Shown one piece after another: positions 39,501 through 50,073 of a stretch of 64,000 nt of DNA (positions within the stretch are counted from its first letter, which is position 1; the number at the start of each line of letters is the position of its first letter). The notes below the pieces were generated by a model. The model searched no databases and was not told the DNA's origin. It was given only the letters and a program-made list of their open reading frames with translations. The DNA lies in contig JAWMAR010000079.1 of assembly GCA_036785375.1 (NCBI GenBank), forward strand, positions 372,001-436,000, in the 5' to 3' direction. Origin of the DNA: Leucoraja ocellata (taxonomy: Eukaryota). Both the position numbers and the translations under genes were made by a program.

Positions 39501-42500
39501 ATGCATATCAGTCATGAGACAAGGATTTCCAGGAGTTGGTGTGGATGTTGTATTTTTCCAAGAACATCCTTGAAGCATTTTTGTAGTCTAGTTACTCTCT
39601 TACTGTGATAGAATATGAGGTAGAGGGCATGTTCTGAGTACGTAAACAAAATGACTTGGTGATGAAACTTCCAAACCTTGATGTTGGGATCATTGCATTG
39701 GGGGAAGTTCAGAATCGGCTTGCCTATCATCTAATGGACTAAGAAGATTTTGCAGAGGCAGAGCTGGAGGTACCTCTCTGGTGCTTTGTGGTCAGATATA
39801 CTAGGCATAAAGGAGGGTGGAGGCCAATGCTGCACTGGGGATCATGAACATGTTGGTATGTTTGTGGGTGTTGATCTTCAAACACTCTTTTCTTCGGATA
39901 ACCTAAAGCTTTGTTGGTATACTAGCGAGCTGAATACTAATTCATGTAGTTTATTGGTCCTTTTGGCCCATCTGGATTATACTCTTGATCGGGCTCTAGA
40001 GATGGCCTTTAATTTCTCTTTTCTCTTAACAGCTACAAGTACCTTCTCTGCTCCATCCTAAAAATGGTGTTTGCAATTTAAATATCTCTATTGATTTATC
40101 TCTCAATCTTCCCCTTATCTAAAGAGACATTTCCATGTTACAAGGTGCAGGAAAACGTTAATCAGAAAATATCACAGAATAAAATGTTCACTTATTTGTT
40201 TTCTATGCAGGGAATTTTTTGGTCAAGGTTGGATGAAACCTGAGAAGAACGAGAGAGCACCCTACATTATGAAAACCACCAAACATTTCAATGATGTGAG
40301 TGCAGCCATTGAACAAACTGTATACATTGCGTTTCTTCACTGAAGTGTCCTTTGTCTCGAGTGCAAGGCTCAATGAAGTTGAGAGGAATTTAGCTTCTTT
40401 GGGTAAATGAGATCTGACGTGATGTGATGGAATAGTAGTGTCGACAAGCTTGAGAGTGTCGGTCATGCTCCGAGCATTAGAACATTGCATAAAGGAATTG
40501 TCAACTGGCATAAAAACCTCTTGAGAATCAAGTACTTATTTTAAAATCCCCCAGCTAATACAGATCTATTCCCAAGACAATGAGTGACACTCTGCATGTT
40601 GTAAGAGAGCTATCTTCTTGCTAAACTCATCAATTTTTGACATTATTTTTACATGCCAGCCCATCCTGATTCCCAGCATGGAGTAATCTTAAACTTCCTT
40701 TACCCTACTTCTAACAGAGAGTTCTCCTCCACCTGACTTGCTTCATATCTTCCTTCATCTCATTATTTCAGAAAGGTTTGTATCTCAAACAGTTTTCCAT
40801 TAAATTTTAAGCAAATTGGGAAAATAATACCATTATACTACAAAAAATAAGTATGTTGTGCACTTGATACCGAGTCCATAGTAGATTGTTATCACGGTAC
40901 GGTTGTGGTCAGGGTTGTGTAGTGTGGGTTAAGAGCCTAATGTTCAATGGTTAATACTTTGATGATAATGTTACCTTCTTACTGTTCTCCTCAGATCAGC
41001 AACTTAATTGCTTCAGAGATTCTGAAGAGTGATGACGTGAATTTCCGAACAGCTGCCATTGAGAAATGGGTGGCAGTGGCGGACATCTGCAAGTGTCTAC
41101 ACAATTACAATGCCGTGCTGATGATAACCTCAGCACTGAACAGAAGTGCCATCTTCCGGCTGAAAAAAACATGGCTGAAAGTATCCAAGCAGGTGGGTGG
41201 ATGGGGATTTATTTTAGTAATTAAGTGGCTTTAGGTGCAGATGGCCAGACCTGTGATCAGATTCTCCTCTCTCTTTCTTGTTCCAGACCAAAGCATTAAT
41301 TGACAAGCTGCAAAAACTGGTGTCTTCTGAAGGGCGATTCAAAAATCTCCGGGAGGCACTGAAAAAGTATGTTTCCATTCTCAACCAGATATTAAATGGA
41401 GTAATAGGAATTAGAATACATCAGATGCATTTTCTAGATGTCCATCTTTCAAGTGTCGGCCAGCAGATACCATTCTCGACTCTAAATCAGACATTGTGGG
41501 TTCAAACTCCTCTTGAGTGGAAAGACCTAGACTGATGCACCGGTACAGTCCTGAGAGAGAAATACACTGGCAGCTATGTAATCTTCCAGATGAGACATGA
41601 AACCCAAACTATATCTGTTCCTGTTAATGGACATAAACAATCTCATGGTCTTTCTTTGAAAAATAGCAGGAGAATTCTCCTATGTGTCCTGGCCATTATA
41701 TATTGCTCAGTGAAATCATATTCTTACTATTTTTCTTGCATATGTATATGTGCTAAGGTTTAATGTTTAACCAACAACTTTTTTGTTGTTGTCTGAAGTT
41801 GTGATCCTCCGTGTGTTCCTTACTTGGGAATGTACCTGACCGACCTGGCATTCATTGAGGAAGGAACACCCAATTATGCTGAAGATGGCCTAGTCAACTT
41901 TTCCAAGATGAGAATGGTAGGTCAGCAGATCTCCTTTGTTTAATCATGTCTCACTCTGCTGCATCTTGTTTTCTGGCAGATGATGTGGTAAGTCTTTTGT
42001 AATAAGGCTTGAAGGGCCGAATGGCCTACTCCTGCACCTATTTTCTATGTTTCTATGTTTGTGTCACAGTGATGGTTTCCAGTTTTCCCCAAACCCATTT
42101 TCATTAAAGAGATCTAAATGAAACTATTTGAGTGGAGAGCCAAAGAGATAGATGTCATCTGCCACTAGTAATCCTCTCCATTACTGAAGGCGTTGATTGC
42201 AGAGGATACTGATTATCCTGTGATATTGCTTGGAAAAGGGCTATTTGGCAATAGGAGCATTGCACTAAAGCCTAGCTCTATCGTATTAATCAAGGCTGGA
42301 TCTGTTGGAGACTCATTGGTTAGAATCACAACTCCAACATATATACATTGCTGAGGGCAGCCACATCCACCAATCCTCCACCAATCCTTTTAGTTAATGG
42401 AATCAAAGGGATTATGAGTTCAAGAAAGACCATGTACCGTGGTTGATGTTCCATGTATTTCTCTTGGATTCATCAAGCAGTGAAGATCACTTCCATTGTA

Positions 42501-45489
42501 TCTCTAGATGTATGGAACTCACACTGTAATTTGAAAGCAGTTTTTCATAGCTAGTGGTAGGAGGCAGTTGTGGAGAAACCTTATGATGACTTTCCCTGTG
42601 GCATGTATCATTTTCCTTAGAGTTGCAAATTATAGGATTCTGGTACCTCTCAAATACTGCAGTTGCAGTCAGAGCGTTCCTACTGTATCTGAACCATCAA
42701 AGGCCTCATTTTAATTTTGATTCCTTTGTACTGTTTATGAGTTGGCAGATTTAAAAATTCCACATTATCTGAATGGATCAGAACAGGACTCATTTCCATT
42801 TCACTGACTAATGCACCAAGCACAATAGTGGATCATATTACAATGCTATAAATGTATCAGAAAATCCATACAATTATAACTTTTTAACAGGAAATGCTAG
42901 CAATACATAAAACAGAAGCACTAGTGGGGAAAGAAATAACATTTCAGGTGGGTTGACCTTTTGTCCAACCTTTATGTTGCTCTGGCCATTTGTTATATTT
43001 TATACTTTAACTTTAGATTTTCAGCAGTTACAGTTTAGTGCTTCAGAATATTTTAAACATTCATTTTTCAGAATCACATGGTGCTGGTAAGACTGACATG
43101 TGTTACCCAAACTTGTCCTTAAACTGAATGGTTTACTCAGTCATATCAACAGGCATTGAAAATTCAACCATGCTTTTAAAAAATCTTTCACTAAATTTCA
43201 GAGGTGAAATGTGGATTCAGTTGAATTCTGCGGAACAGGAGGGAATGAGGGAATCAATTGGGACACAAATTACAATGTTTTTGTAAGTTGCACAAAGATT
43301 TCAAAGAGCAGTGAATGTTTTTAGAAAACCTTCTATGGTAGAGTTATATGGTACTCATCAGACATCCCATAACCCACACAAATGGAGTGGACAAAGATTA
43401 TCCTTCATCTTAAGGGATTGCTGAGGAAAAAGACGAGGCCTCAAAAGGCTCTAAACTCAATGGAATTGTAAATATTTGATAATATGTCTTGTACAGGGGT
43501 AACCTACAGGATAAATGAATAGCCCTTTTTCTTATTATGACCTTATGCTACACACGATATTTAGACATACATAGATTTATTCAGCTGTTAACTGGCTTTG
43601 AAAAGTTATGGGAAGACTCTGTAAGCACGATTGATTGTGGAATGCATTTTCACCCATGGTTTACATTAACAGATATCTCACATAATCCGAGAAATCAGAC
43701 AATTCCAGCAGACGTCCTACAAGATAGAGCAACAAATCAAGGTCAGTTCATTTTGTGTTAATTGAGTAGTTTCACCAAATATTCCCCTGACAGATAGAAT
43801 AGATGTAGTTTCTGATGAAGAAATATTGGTGAGGACTCTCAAGTAGATTGTTCAAATAGTGCTGTGAGATCCTCAAGAACTATCTGATCCAGCAGGCAGG
43901 TGCTCAGCCTTATTCGAAGCGTCGTACTTCTGACAATGCAGCACTTCCTCATTAATGCAGCAATAGCCATTTGACGTTCACATCTTATGCTCAATTTTAG
44001 AACTTATTTTTAAATCTTATCTTTTCCATTCATCTCTAATGTTCTCAAAGCCACCTACTGAATGAGTTAGCATGCTGATTATTCCGATTACTTTCTCCCC
44101 AAGTCACACACTATCCTAACTGAATAGGTAGTGCTGTTCCTTCATTGGTTCTAGCCAGAATCTTGACTGAATGACATTGAGCAAATGCCATCACCATGCC
44201 AGTTGCACTTCTCTGGGGAATAAATACAGGCCTTGTTACATCCCTAGAATTTTAGATTAGCCGAGGCTCCAAAGAGTTGGTCCTTACACACTGCTGAGCT
44301 GGGAGGTAAACATAATTGGAACAATTCAAAAGATTGAAATTGCAAATGGGATCAGGTTTATATATCACAATTTGTTTGTCAAATTATATTGAACAACTCA
44401 GAAAGCCATCAATTTTCATAGCCTGCTGCTGCAGAGAAAAAATATTCGCCACTTCCAAACATTGCTTGCATTGTGATTTTAACCAACGGTGTTATTTTTA
44501 GACCTGTTGGGAGGGGCACTAGCCCTTAGAGACATTTGCTATGGAGAATGGGGGGGGGGGGGGATGAGAACTTTTAACCTCTGCACTACTATTTCAAAGA
44601 AAATCCCATTGTTTATTCATCATCCCGATTGCCTATGAACTGAGAGGTTTCCTGGGCTGTTTCAGAAGGCAGTTACAGAAAGTCTTGAGTCCCATAGAGG
44701 CCAGACCAGCTATTCTTCTCCAGCAGCAGGTGGCTTCATCTGATTGTTTCTATCTCAATCCAGTAGTTTCTTGATTACCATGGCTTTGAAGGTTGAATTC
44801 ATATCTCCGAATCGTTAGAGTGTTGCCCTTTGGATTAACAAAAACATTGAAGATGTCAGATAGCCACACAATGCTGGAGATAAACTCCAAAACTAGCTGC
44901 ACTTAACATCCACTTAGGAATCCATGTTCTACACCTCTGGGTTCTGTAGGAAGTACTATCGCTGCTGGGTCAGAAGATTGTGGACTCGTGCCCCTCCAGA
45001 GACCTGAGCACAAATATCTAGGCATCATTCCTTATTCAAAGGGAATGTACGAAATGTTGAAATATTGCCTTTCGGAAAAATTGTCTGAAATGTTGCCTTT
45101 AGGAAAAAATGCTAAAGTCATGTCCTGTCTGCTCCCTCAATGGAAGCAAGAGCGATCACATGGCAACACTTTAAAGGACAGCAGTAGAAAGGCAACGATA
45201 ATGTCCCCGAGATTTACTGGCTCAGGCTGTGAATTGAGTGTTGGATATGGATTATTTTAGCTGGATGTTGATGTATAATCACAACACAGTGATGAACTTA
45301 ACTCTAGTTAATATGTGGAATCCACGTGTGGTCACCAACTGGTACAACCTGCTAAACTTCATTTTCAATAAAAATGTCATGTTTTTCTTCGATTAGGTGG
45401 CACGGTATTTATTAGAGCAGTCTAACGTCATGGATGAAGAAAGCCTTTATGAAGCATCTCTGAGGATAGAACCAAAGCAGCCAACCTGA
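12399..45489 (+). CDS. RASGRF1: Ras-specific guanine nucleotide-releasing factor 1, multi-exon gene span (26 coding exons, numbered 2-27 here; exon 1 upstream of window)
   Basis: 26 exons splice in frame (3486 nt) and give the order PH1 end, coiled coil, IQ, DH, PH2, REM, Ser/Pro-rich linker, CDC25. Linker [17 protein letters not shown] and RRMSLASAG are RASGRF1-type; CTSH lies downstream as in mammals. Confidence 0.97.
12765..13043 (+). mobile_element. tRNA-derived V-SINE (HE1-like)
   Basis: gctgctgcctcacagtgccagagacccgg head, tgtgtggagtttgca core, gggcctgtttcc CR1-type tail. Confidence 0.75.
13505..13980 (-). mobile_element. Old DeuSINE (SacSINE1-like) remnant
   Basis: aaagacttggatttctatagcatctttcac L2-like tail and Deu-domain-like sequence; degenerate. 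Confidence 0.45.
13981..14352. repeat. Degenerate ~32-33 bp minisatellite, about 11-12 units
   Basis: Recurring unit approx. cagtactgcccctccaacagtgcagcactccct; related shorter array at ~11530-11730. Confidence 0.75.
14959..15105. mobile_element. Degenerate copy of the palindromic Penelope-like family
   Basis: aaggaactgcagatgctg tail, remnant ccgaacgtcacc and gctgctgcctgacctgctga arm. Confidence 0.55.
15177..15660 (-). mobile_element. CR1 LINE 3' fragment
   Basis: Minus-strand [25 protein letters not shown]; gtcatagagt tail. Confidence 0.85.
17745..17925 (-). mobile_element. Rex1/Babar LINE fragment
   Basis: ttcctgaacctggtagtgtg...ctgtacctcctgcct matches 52585-52635. Confidence 0.6.
18493..18640 (+). 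CDS. RASGRF1: RASGRF1 exon 3 (coiled coil)
   Basis: cag|TTAC...GCTGAG|gtagg; [26 protein letters not shown]...RLKAE; 148 nt. Confidence 0.96.
18930..19022 (+). CDS. RASGRF1: RASGRF1 exon 4
   Basis: cag|ATTGCT...AAGAAG|gtaag; [31 protein letters not shown]; 93 nt. Confidence 0.94.
19396..19649 (+). CDS. RASGRF1: RASGRF1 exon 5 (IQ motif and start of DH)
   Basis: cag|GTCCAA...AACAG|gtatc; [14 protein letters not shown]...[19 protein letters not shown]; 254 nt. Confidence 0.96.
20157..20236 (+). CDS. RASGRF1: RASGRF1 exon 6 (DH)
   Basis: cag|TGAAACA...CTAG|gtagg; [26 protein letters not shown]; 80 nt. Confidence 0.95.
20535..20715. mobile_element. Older palindromic Penelope-like element
   Basis: Inverted arms cagcgggtcgagcagcatctgtgg / ccacatagatgctgcttgaccagctg; decayed CTGATG-type core on the minus strand. 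Confidence 0.6.
22071..22264 (+). CDS. RASGRF1: RASGRF1 exon 7 (DH)
   Basis: cag|CTGACC...TTTCAG|gtgaa; [21 protein letters not shown]...TFLTYPMFQ; 194 nt. Confidence 0.96.
22771..22880 (+). CDS. RASGRF1: RASGRF1 exon 8 (DH)
   Basis: tag|ATCCCC...TCACG|gtgag; [36 protein letters not shown]; 110 nt. Confidence 0.96.
23503..23621 (+). CDS. RASGRF1: RASGRF1 exon 9
   Basis: cag|GATAATG...CAAG|gtaat; [39 protein letters not shown]; 119 nt. Confidence 0.96.
24190..24580 (-). mobile_element. Degenerate Rex1/Babar LINE 3' fragment
   Basis: Minus-strand [15 protein letters not shown]. Confidence 0.6.
25073..25233 (+). CDS. RASGRF1: RASGRF1 exon 10 (PH2)
   Basis: cag|GATCG...ACTAAA|gtagg; [21 protein letters not shown]...GGKLHLTK; 161 nt. 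Confidence 0.96.
26879..26942 (+). CDS. RASGRF1: RASGRF1 exon 11 (PH2)
   Basis: cag|AATGGT...GAGA|gtatg; [21 protein letters not shown]; 64 nt. Confidence 0.94.
26970..27130. repeat. Degenerate (TG)n-rich tract downstream of the exon 11 donor
   Basis: Interrupted tgtgtg runs. Confidence 0.7.
27301..27700 (+). mobile_element. CR1 LINE 3' fragment
   Basis: [43 protein letters not shown]. Confidence 0.88.
28210..28346 (+). CDS. RASGRF1: RASGRF1 exon 12 (PH2)
   Basis: cag|CTCGA...AGCCAG|gtgag; [20 protein letters not shown]...[12 protein letters not shown]; 137 nt. Confidence 0.95.
28875..28957 (+). CDS. RASGRF1: RASGRF1 exon 13
   Basis: cag|TGCATA...ATTAA|gtaag; [27 protein letters not shown]; 83 nt. 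Confidence 0.96.
29490..30360 (-). mobile_element. Rex1/Babar-type LINE RT fragment (decayed)
   Basis: Minus-strand [22 protein letters not shown]; FADDTT motif (gtggtgtcatctgcaaac) and GAxQGFVLSPLL remnant. Confidence 0.75.
30736..30984 (+). CDS. RASGRF1: RASGRF1 exon 14 (REM domain)
   Basis: cag|GTCTGAC...GCAAG|gtgat; [16 protein letters not shown]...[13 protein letters not shown]...KKPISAIPA; 249 nt. Confidence 0.96.
31434..31804 (+). CDS. RASGRF1: RASGRF1 exon 15 (Ser/Pro-rich linker)
   Basis: tag|GTCACTT...GGAG|gtgag; [14 protein letters not shown]...[17 protein letters not shown]...; 371 nt. Confidence 0.95.
32491..32616 (+). CDS. RASGRF1: RASGRF1 exon 16 (alternative start at 32488 via AAGTAG tandem acceptor)
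   Basis: aagtag|GTGCA...TCAG|gtacg; [41 protein letters not shown]; 126 nt. Confidence 0.9.
33572..33742 (+). CDS. RASGRF1: RASGRF1 exon 17 (contains the RRMS PKA-consensus site)
   Basis: cag|AGTTC...GCAG|gtacc; [12 protein letters not shown]...[28 protein letters not shown]; 171 nt. Confidence 0.95.
34280..34447. other. Assembly gap (168 N) in RASGRF1 intron 17
   Basis: Run of N; exons 17 and 18 join in frame, so no essential exon is missing. Confidence 0.99.
35183..35475 (+). mobile_element. tRNA-derived V-SINE (HE1-like)
   Basis: cgccagagacctgggttt head, ggagtttgcatgttc core, gaagggcctgttttccacgctgtatctc tail plus (AACTA)n. Confidence 0.8.
35728..35834 (+). CDS. RASGRF1: RASGRF1 exon 18
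   Basis: cag|GCTTT...TCCCAG|gtagt; [35 protein letters not shown]; 107 nt. Confidence 0.96.
37106..38117 (-). mobile_element. Young 5'-truncated CR1 LINE (RT domain to 3' tail)
   Basis: [20 protein letters not shown]...KFADDTKL and a 211-aa C-terminal ORF, one break between them; catagaaacatagaaa tail. Confidence 0.95.
38360..38472 (+). CDS. RASGRF1: RASGRF1 exon 19 (GC donor)
   Basis: tag|GATTTT...ATCAG|gcaagt; [37 protein letters not shown]; 113 nt. Confidence 0.93.
39037..39097 (+). CDS. RASGRF1: RASGRF1 exon 20
   Basis: tag|GACACTG...AACACG|gtcggt; [20 protein letters not shown]; 61 nt, phases match both neighbours. Confidence 0.88.
39190..39284 (+). CDS. RASGRF1: RASGRF1 exon 21 (start of CDC25 domain)
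   Basis: aag|ACGGAA...TATGA|gtaagt; [31 protein letters not shown]; 95 nt; first AG after the pyrimidine tract and in frame. Confidence 0.88.
39410..39930 (-). mobile_element. Decayed RTE-clade LINE fragment
   Basis: Minus-strand [15 protein letters not shown] resembles RTE LExxHQxCLRKIL. Confidence 0.45.
40211..40295 (+). CDS. RASGRF1: RASGRF1 exon 22 (CDC25)
   Basis: cag|GGAA...AATGAT|gtgag; [28 protein letters not shown]; 85 nt. Confidence 0.96.
40995..41192 (+). CDS. RASGRF1: RASGRF1 exon 23 (CDC25)
   Basis: cag|ATCAGC...AAGCAG|gtggg; [10 protein letters not shown]...[20 protein letters not shown]...[13 protein letters not shown]; 198 nt. Confidence 0.96.
41287..41366 (+). CDS. RASGRF1: RASGRF1 exon 24 (CDC25)
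   Basis: cag|ACCAAA...AAAAA|gtatg; [26 protein letters not shown]; 80 nt. Confidence 0.96.
41799..41916 (+). CDS. RASGRF1: RASGRF1 exon 25 (CDC25 helical hairpin)
   Basis: aag|TTGTGAT...AGAATG|gtagg; [39 protein letters not shown]; 118 nt. Confidence 0.96.
42005..42058 (+). mobile_element. Very short CR1 3' end
   Basis: gaagggccgaatggcctactcctgcacctattttctatgtttctatg, same as the 12154 copy. Confidence 0.8.
43673..43741 (+). CDS. RASGRF1: RASGRF1 exon 26
   Basis: cag|ATATCT...ATCAAG|gtcag; [23 protein letters not shown]; 69 nt. Confidence 0.95.
45397..45489 (+). CDS. RASGRF1: RASGRF1 last coding exon (stop TGA 45487-45489)
   Basis: tag|GTGGCA...; [30 protein letters not shown]. Confidence 0.95.
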   Translation: MARYLLEQSNVMDEESLYEASLRIEPKQPT

Positions 45490-45645
45490 ATCACAATCAT
45501 CCCTCAGCATCAGAAACCTTGCATAACTGATGATATCGCTGGTCTCCTTCAATGTGCTGTGCATGGGCCATCGCTGAAGAGAAGACACTACTAAATAATA
45601 CACGGAGTGCACCATCCGTCCACCTGCTCCAGAGGGCCATTTGAC

Positions 45646-45651
45646 AATAAA
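45646..45651 (+). terminator. Candidate proximal polyadenylation signal of RASGRF1
   Basis: AATAAA 157 nt after the stop, followed by T-rich sequence; motif only. Confidence 0.4.
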
Positions 45652-47801
45652 ACAGCTGCTGGACTTTTATTGTAGAGCAAATCTTTTTGAAAAAAAAATA
45701 GTGCAGCAGTTGTTGCTATTTAAGTTACAACTGAACCATTTCAGCATTCTTTAGAAAATCTACACAGTTCTCCAACACTATCCCAGAACGGATGGTATAA
45801 TGGGCCAGAACATGCCCTTTCACTTCCAGGGGCTTGGATCCAATCCTGCCCTTGGTGCAGGGCCCACGGTATTAAAGTCTTCCCTATCTCATGGACTCCT
45901 TTTCACCACTGGGAACCACTGATGTGCTGAATGACCCTTACCACTTACAAAGGGTTGTGTGATGTTCTCATCCACACTTGGTCTTGTTATCACAGGCTTA
46001 AGGCTAAACCTGACAGTCACCTCTTCTCTGATGGAGGTTTCCTTTCACCACTGGAGGCACTGTGATGTAACTGACCAGCACATCATCCTTTCCTGGGGAG
46101 GATCTGAGTTCATTACCCAGATTGAAAGCTTCATCTCTCTAGCTCACTCACCTTCTATCTCTGGGTCCACATTAAGATTACCTTGATGGGTCGTATGACT
46201 CCTTTCCAGTGTTAAGGCTGGATTAGCCCCCCTGGGACCCTGGTTTGAATCCTCTCCTTGCTGATCTGATAAATAATAAGGCTCAGACTACTCAGTCAAG
46301 AAACAGGAGCCTGTCGCATAGATGCCCACTTGATGTAGCACCAATTTCCAGTTGATGCCCACGGATAGTGTGGGGGATGTCCACACACTCCTACTGAAGC
46401 TAACACACATAACTAAAACATATCAAGAGATTATTAGTTTGCACCTATCCCATGCTCTACCTAACTGCAGAACACTGAACACCAACATTTCTCAACTCAT
46501 TAAGATGAGAATTACCAAGATAAACCTCACCTTAATGAGGACCAAAGAAAACCTCTACCCCCAATACAGAAACAAAACTCCCTTACAAACAATTCTGGGA
46601 TAAGAGTTCTGCTGAAGCTCAATCTCCAGGCCAGTGCTTCTCTGTTGACCCCAAGCTGCTTTAAGTTTCTCTGGGATTGCTTTGGCTGACACGAGATGCT
46701 CTGCACTCACAATGTCCAGGATAAGGTTCATCCACAGTGGCTTTGGGCAGCTCCTGGAGTCTCCGAGCAGTGATGAGAAACGCAAATAGGCTGGATCTTT
46801 GCTCTGCGTGTACTTACATTATTTTATGAGTAAAGAGATTTTTCACTAGTCTGTCAACATTTTCTTGGGTATTATTTTATTTTAACTTCATAGTAAATGT
46901 GTGCAATAATGATTCAGTCAAAAATGCAAACAGAGGAAATCAGGTTTTGAGCATGATTATCTGTTAAAAATCACTCCTCGAATACATAACCAGGCCTCTC
47001 CACTGATTCAGCTTAGTGTAATGTGTCGTACACATCTTCAGTCTGCCTCTCCAAGCCAACGCCTGCTGCTGCTTATAGAATGCAGAACAAACGGGTAAAA
47101 TCATTATATTCAAGCCAAACTGCTCAGGCGAAATCAGGAAGTGCTTCATCACCAAAACGTGGAGAGGAACTCTGGCTTTCAATGTAAAAAGCTACAGAAC
47201 TGCCTATAGATGGAGCAGGGGATGGTGTGGATATGGTAAATGGTCTGAAGTGCGATCAGGTAAGAAAAAAAAATCAAAGTGGAGATTTTTATTAAGCAAC
47301 TATATTGGCGACTGCACAAACCATTCAGTCCATTTAGTCAATGCTGGAATTTATTGTGCACTCCAACTTCCCCACACCCTACTTCATCTCACTTGCTCCG
47401 GATATCCTTCAGTTTTTCTTCTCCCTTACACATTTGTCCAACTTCTCCATCAATATATGTTGTTATTTGTTTCAATCAATTCCTTCAGGATCTTGGTTCA
47501 CATACCCACCACTCTCTGGGTAAGAGTTCATTGTTGGATTTACCAATGACTCATATTCCGATAACCTCTAGATTTTAGGTCCCTACAAATGATAATTGTT
47601 TTTCCACGTTCCATTAAATGCTTTCATAATTTCAAAAGCCTCTCTGAACCCTAAGCTACCCTTACTATCGGTAATGGGTCAATAGCCTCACAAGTCTAGA
47701 TCTAAATGTTAGGAGACGACTACGGGGCTGTGCAATCCCCTCAAGTTCCTGTGTTCCTATCACTGTTTAATTTCTATTGTTAGTTTCAGTTCTTTAAAAA
47801 A

Positions 47802-47807
47802 AATAAA
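47802..47807 (+). terminator. Candidate distal polyadenylation signal of RASGRF1
   Basis: AATAAA followed ~35-60 nt later by a GT/T-rich tract (gtgcttttctaatgtttgtgctttt); motif only. Confidence 0.35.
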
Positions 47808-47894
47808 TGCAGTACAAATGAAAGCATGGTTTAAGAAATAGTGCTTTTCTAATGTTTGTGCTTTTCACGGCCATGAAGGTCATCATGTCAGATT

Positions 47895-49145
47895 AATGCA
47901 GCACAGAAACAGGCCAACGCATCTGTGCCATTGAAGGTGCTTACCTACGCTAGACCCATTTATCTATGCTGTGCCCACATCCTTCTAAACCCATCCAAAT
48001 GTCTTCAACGTTGTAATTGTACTTGCCTCGACCACTTCCTATGGCAACTCATTCCATAAACCCAACCTCTGAACGACAAACCTGCCCCAGTCAGATCTCT
48101 TTTAAATCTTCATCTTTACACTTTAACCCTATGCCCTTTAGCCATAGACTACCTTATCCGAAGAAAATGACTGTGACTATCCATAATATTATAACTGTCT
48201 TTAAGGTCTCCCCTCAGTCTCCTTTGTTCCAGGGAAAATACTCCCAACCTGTCCAGTCTCTCCTTATAATTCAAATCCTCCATTCCAGGCAACATCCTGC
48301 TGAATTTATCCTGCACTTCATCTAGCTTAATCACATTATTTCTAAAGTCTGGTGATCAGAAACCCATAGAAGACTCCAATTGACTTGTACCATTGCAACA
48401 TATTGTCCCAGTGTTGTTCTTAATGTCCCTACTTGTGAAGGAAAGCACTACCCTGTCTACCTGTGTCACCAGTTTCAGCGAACTGTTTCACCAATTTCAG
48501 GCGACTCAATTTCTCTGGTCAACGATATTCCCCAGAGCCCAGCCATTTACTGTATATGTCCTGCCCTGATTTAACCGACCAAAGTTCATCACTTCGCGCT
48601 TACTAAGTTAAATTCCATCTGCCATTCCTTTGCCCATGTACTCAGTTGGTCTAGAACCTGGTGTAACCATGGACAACATTCTTCACTGTCCATTAAAGTA
48701 ACAATTTTGGTGCCTTCCATAAATGTACTAATCATGCCACCTAAATTCTCGTCCAAATCATTGATGTGTGACAAATAACAGGAACACAACACTAATCCCT
48801 GTGGCACATATTTGGTCACCAGCTTCCAATTTGAAAAACAACCAGCCATCACCACCCTCTGCTTCTTACCATCAAATTAATTTTGTTTCCATTTGGCTAG
48901 TTCTCCTTTTATGACTAAACTAACCTTCAGACCAGCATACCATGCAGGACCTTGTCAAAGGCCTGGCTGAGGTCCATGTACCAACATCTATCGCCCAACA
49001 TCATCAATTCTCCTGATCGCCTAAAGAGACACGTTTTCTCACGCACAAAGCCATGCTGATTATCCCTAATAGGTCCTTGCCTTTCCAAATGCAAATATAT
49101 CCCATCTCTCAGAATTATTACCAACAATTTTCCCACCACTTTCCC
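47895..49145 (-). mobile_element. Decayed CR1 LINE RT fragment
   Basis: Minus-strand NQHGFV...YMDLSQAFDKVLHG, VPQGLVL, KLDEVQDKFSRMLPG. Confidence 0.88.
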
Positions 49146-49739
49146 CCAATCTTGCCCTAAACTCATCTGCCTACCTGTCAGGCTTCATGTATTAAGATAA
49201 ATGCAGTTTAGTTACTCCAACCTTCCTGTCTCCTGCTTACTTGACAATCATTTTTATAGCTATGTTTGCTTCAATTTTCCCATCTGCTTTGGGTCTCACT
49301 CCCTACCAAACTAATTTAAACCCACCTAAGGTCATTAATTTTTTCTTGACCCTTTGCTTTAATATCTTTATTGATACCAAACTCAAATGTTAATTAAAAA
49401 AACATCACTTTTATTTTCAAATAGTTAAACCATTCCAGCAAATTCCACAGACAATCGTCTTTAGAATCATAAAAGGAGTTTACCAAATGTGACCAAAGAC
49501 AGAGAGGAGGTTTAGAATCATTACATGTTCTCTCAAGTTACAGTGTCCATCAGTATCAGTGACTGCTCTATCTGTCACCTGATACTTAAGGTATCAAAAT
49601 CCATTTCCAATCTGTAGATCTCATTGAAGGAGATGACTGCCAAGTCTTGCTGCTATACTCCTGGCCTTAATATGAATAGGAAACAAATTGGAAGTAGTTG
49701 ATATTGCATCCTGTTTTAACTCTTCCATCGTCATTTTCA

Positions 49740-50070
49740 TATGCGCAGAATATGACTTTGTTCTTGCTGCAGCTTTACAGGCTCATTAGATGCAACAATA
49801 ACAACACAATATACAGTAAATTAAAAGTTATTTTACACAAACTAGACAATGATAATGCAAAAAGCCAAAGTATTGCAAAATCTGTTGCAGTTTGCTGCTG
49901 AGGTCGGGTTGTGCACAATTGTTCAAGAACCTCACGGTTAATGGGAGGAAGGTGAGGAAATGTTTCTGATGCTTCTGTACCTTCTTCCCAATGGTAGCGG
50001 TGAGAAGAGAACGTGGCAAGATATTAGTTGTCTTCTTGAGGCAACACTTCCTGTAGATCCCTTCAATGGT
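49740..50070 (-). mobile_element. Decayed Rex1/Babar fragment
   Basis: cttctgtaccttcttccc and tcttgaggcaacacttcctgtagatcccttcaatgg resemble 52620-52735. Confidence 0.55.
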
Positions 50071-50073
50071 GTT

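Noticed and set aside
44550-44563. G14 run (and C13 at 4739-4751) as functional G-quadruplex elements
   Set aside because: Isolated homopolymers of uncertain length with no supporting context.
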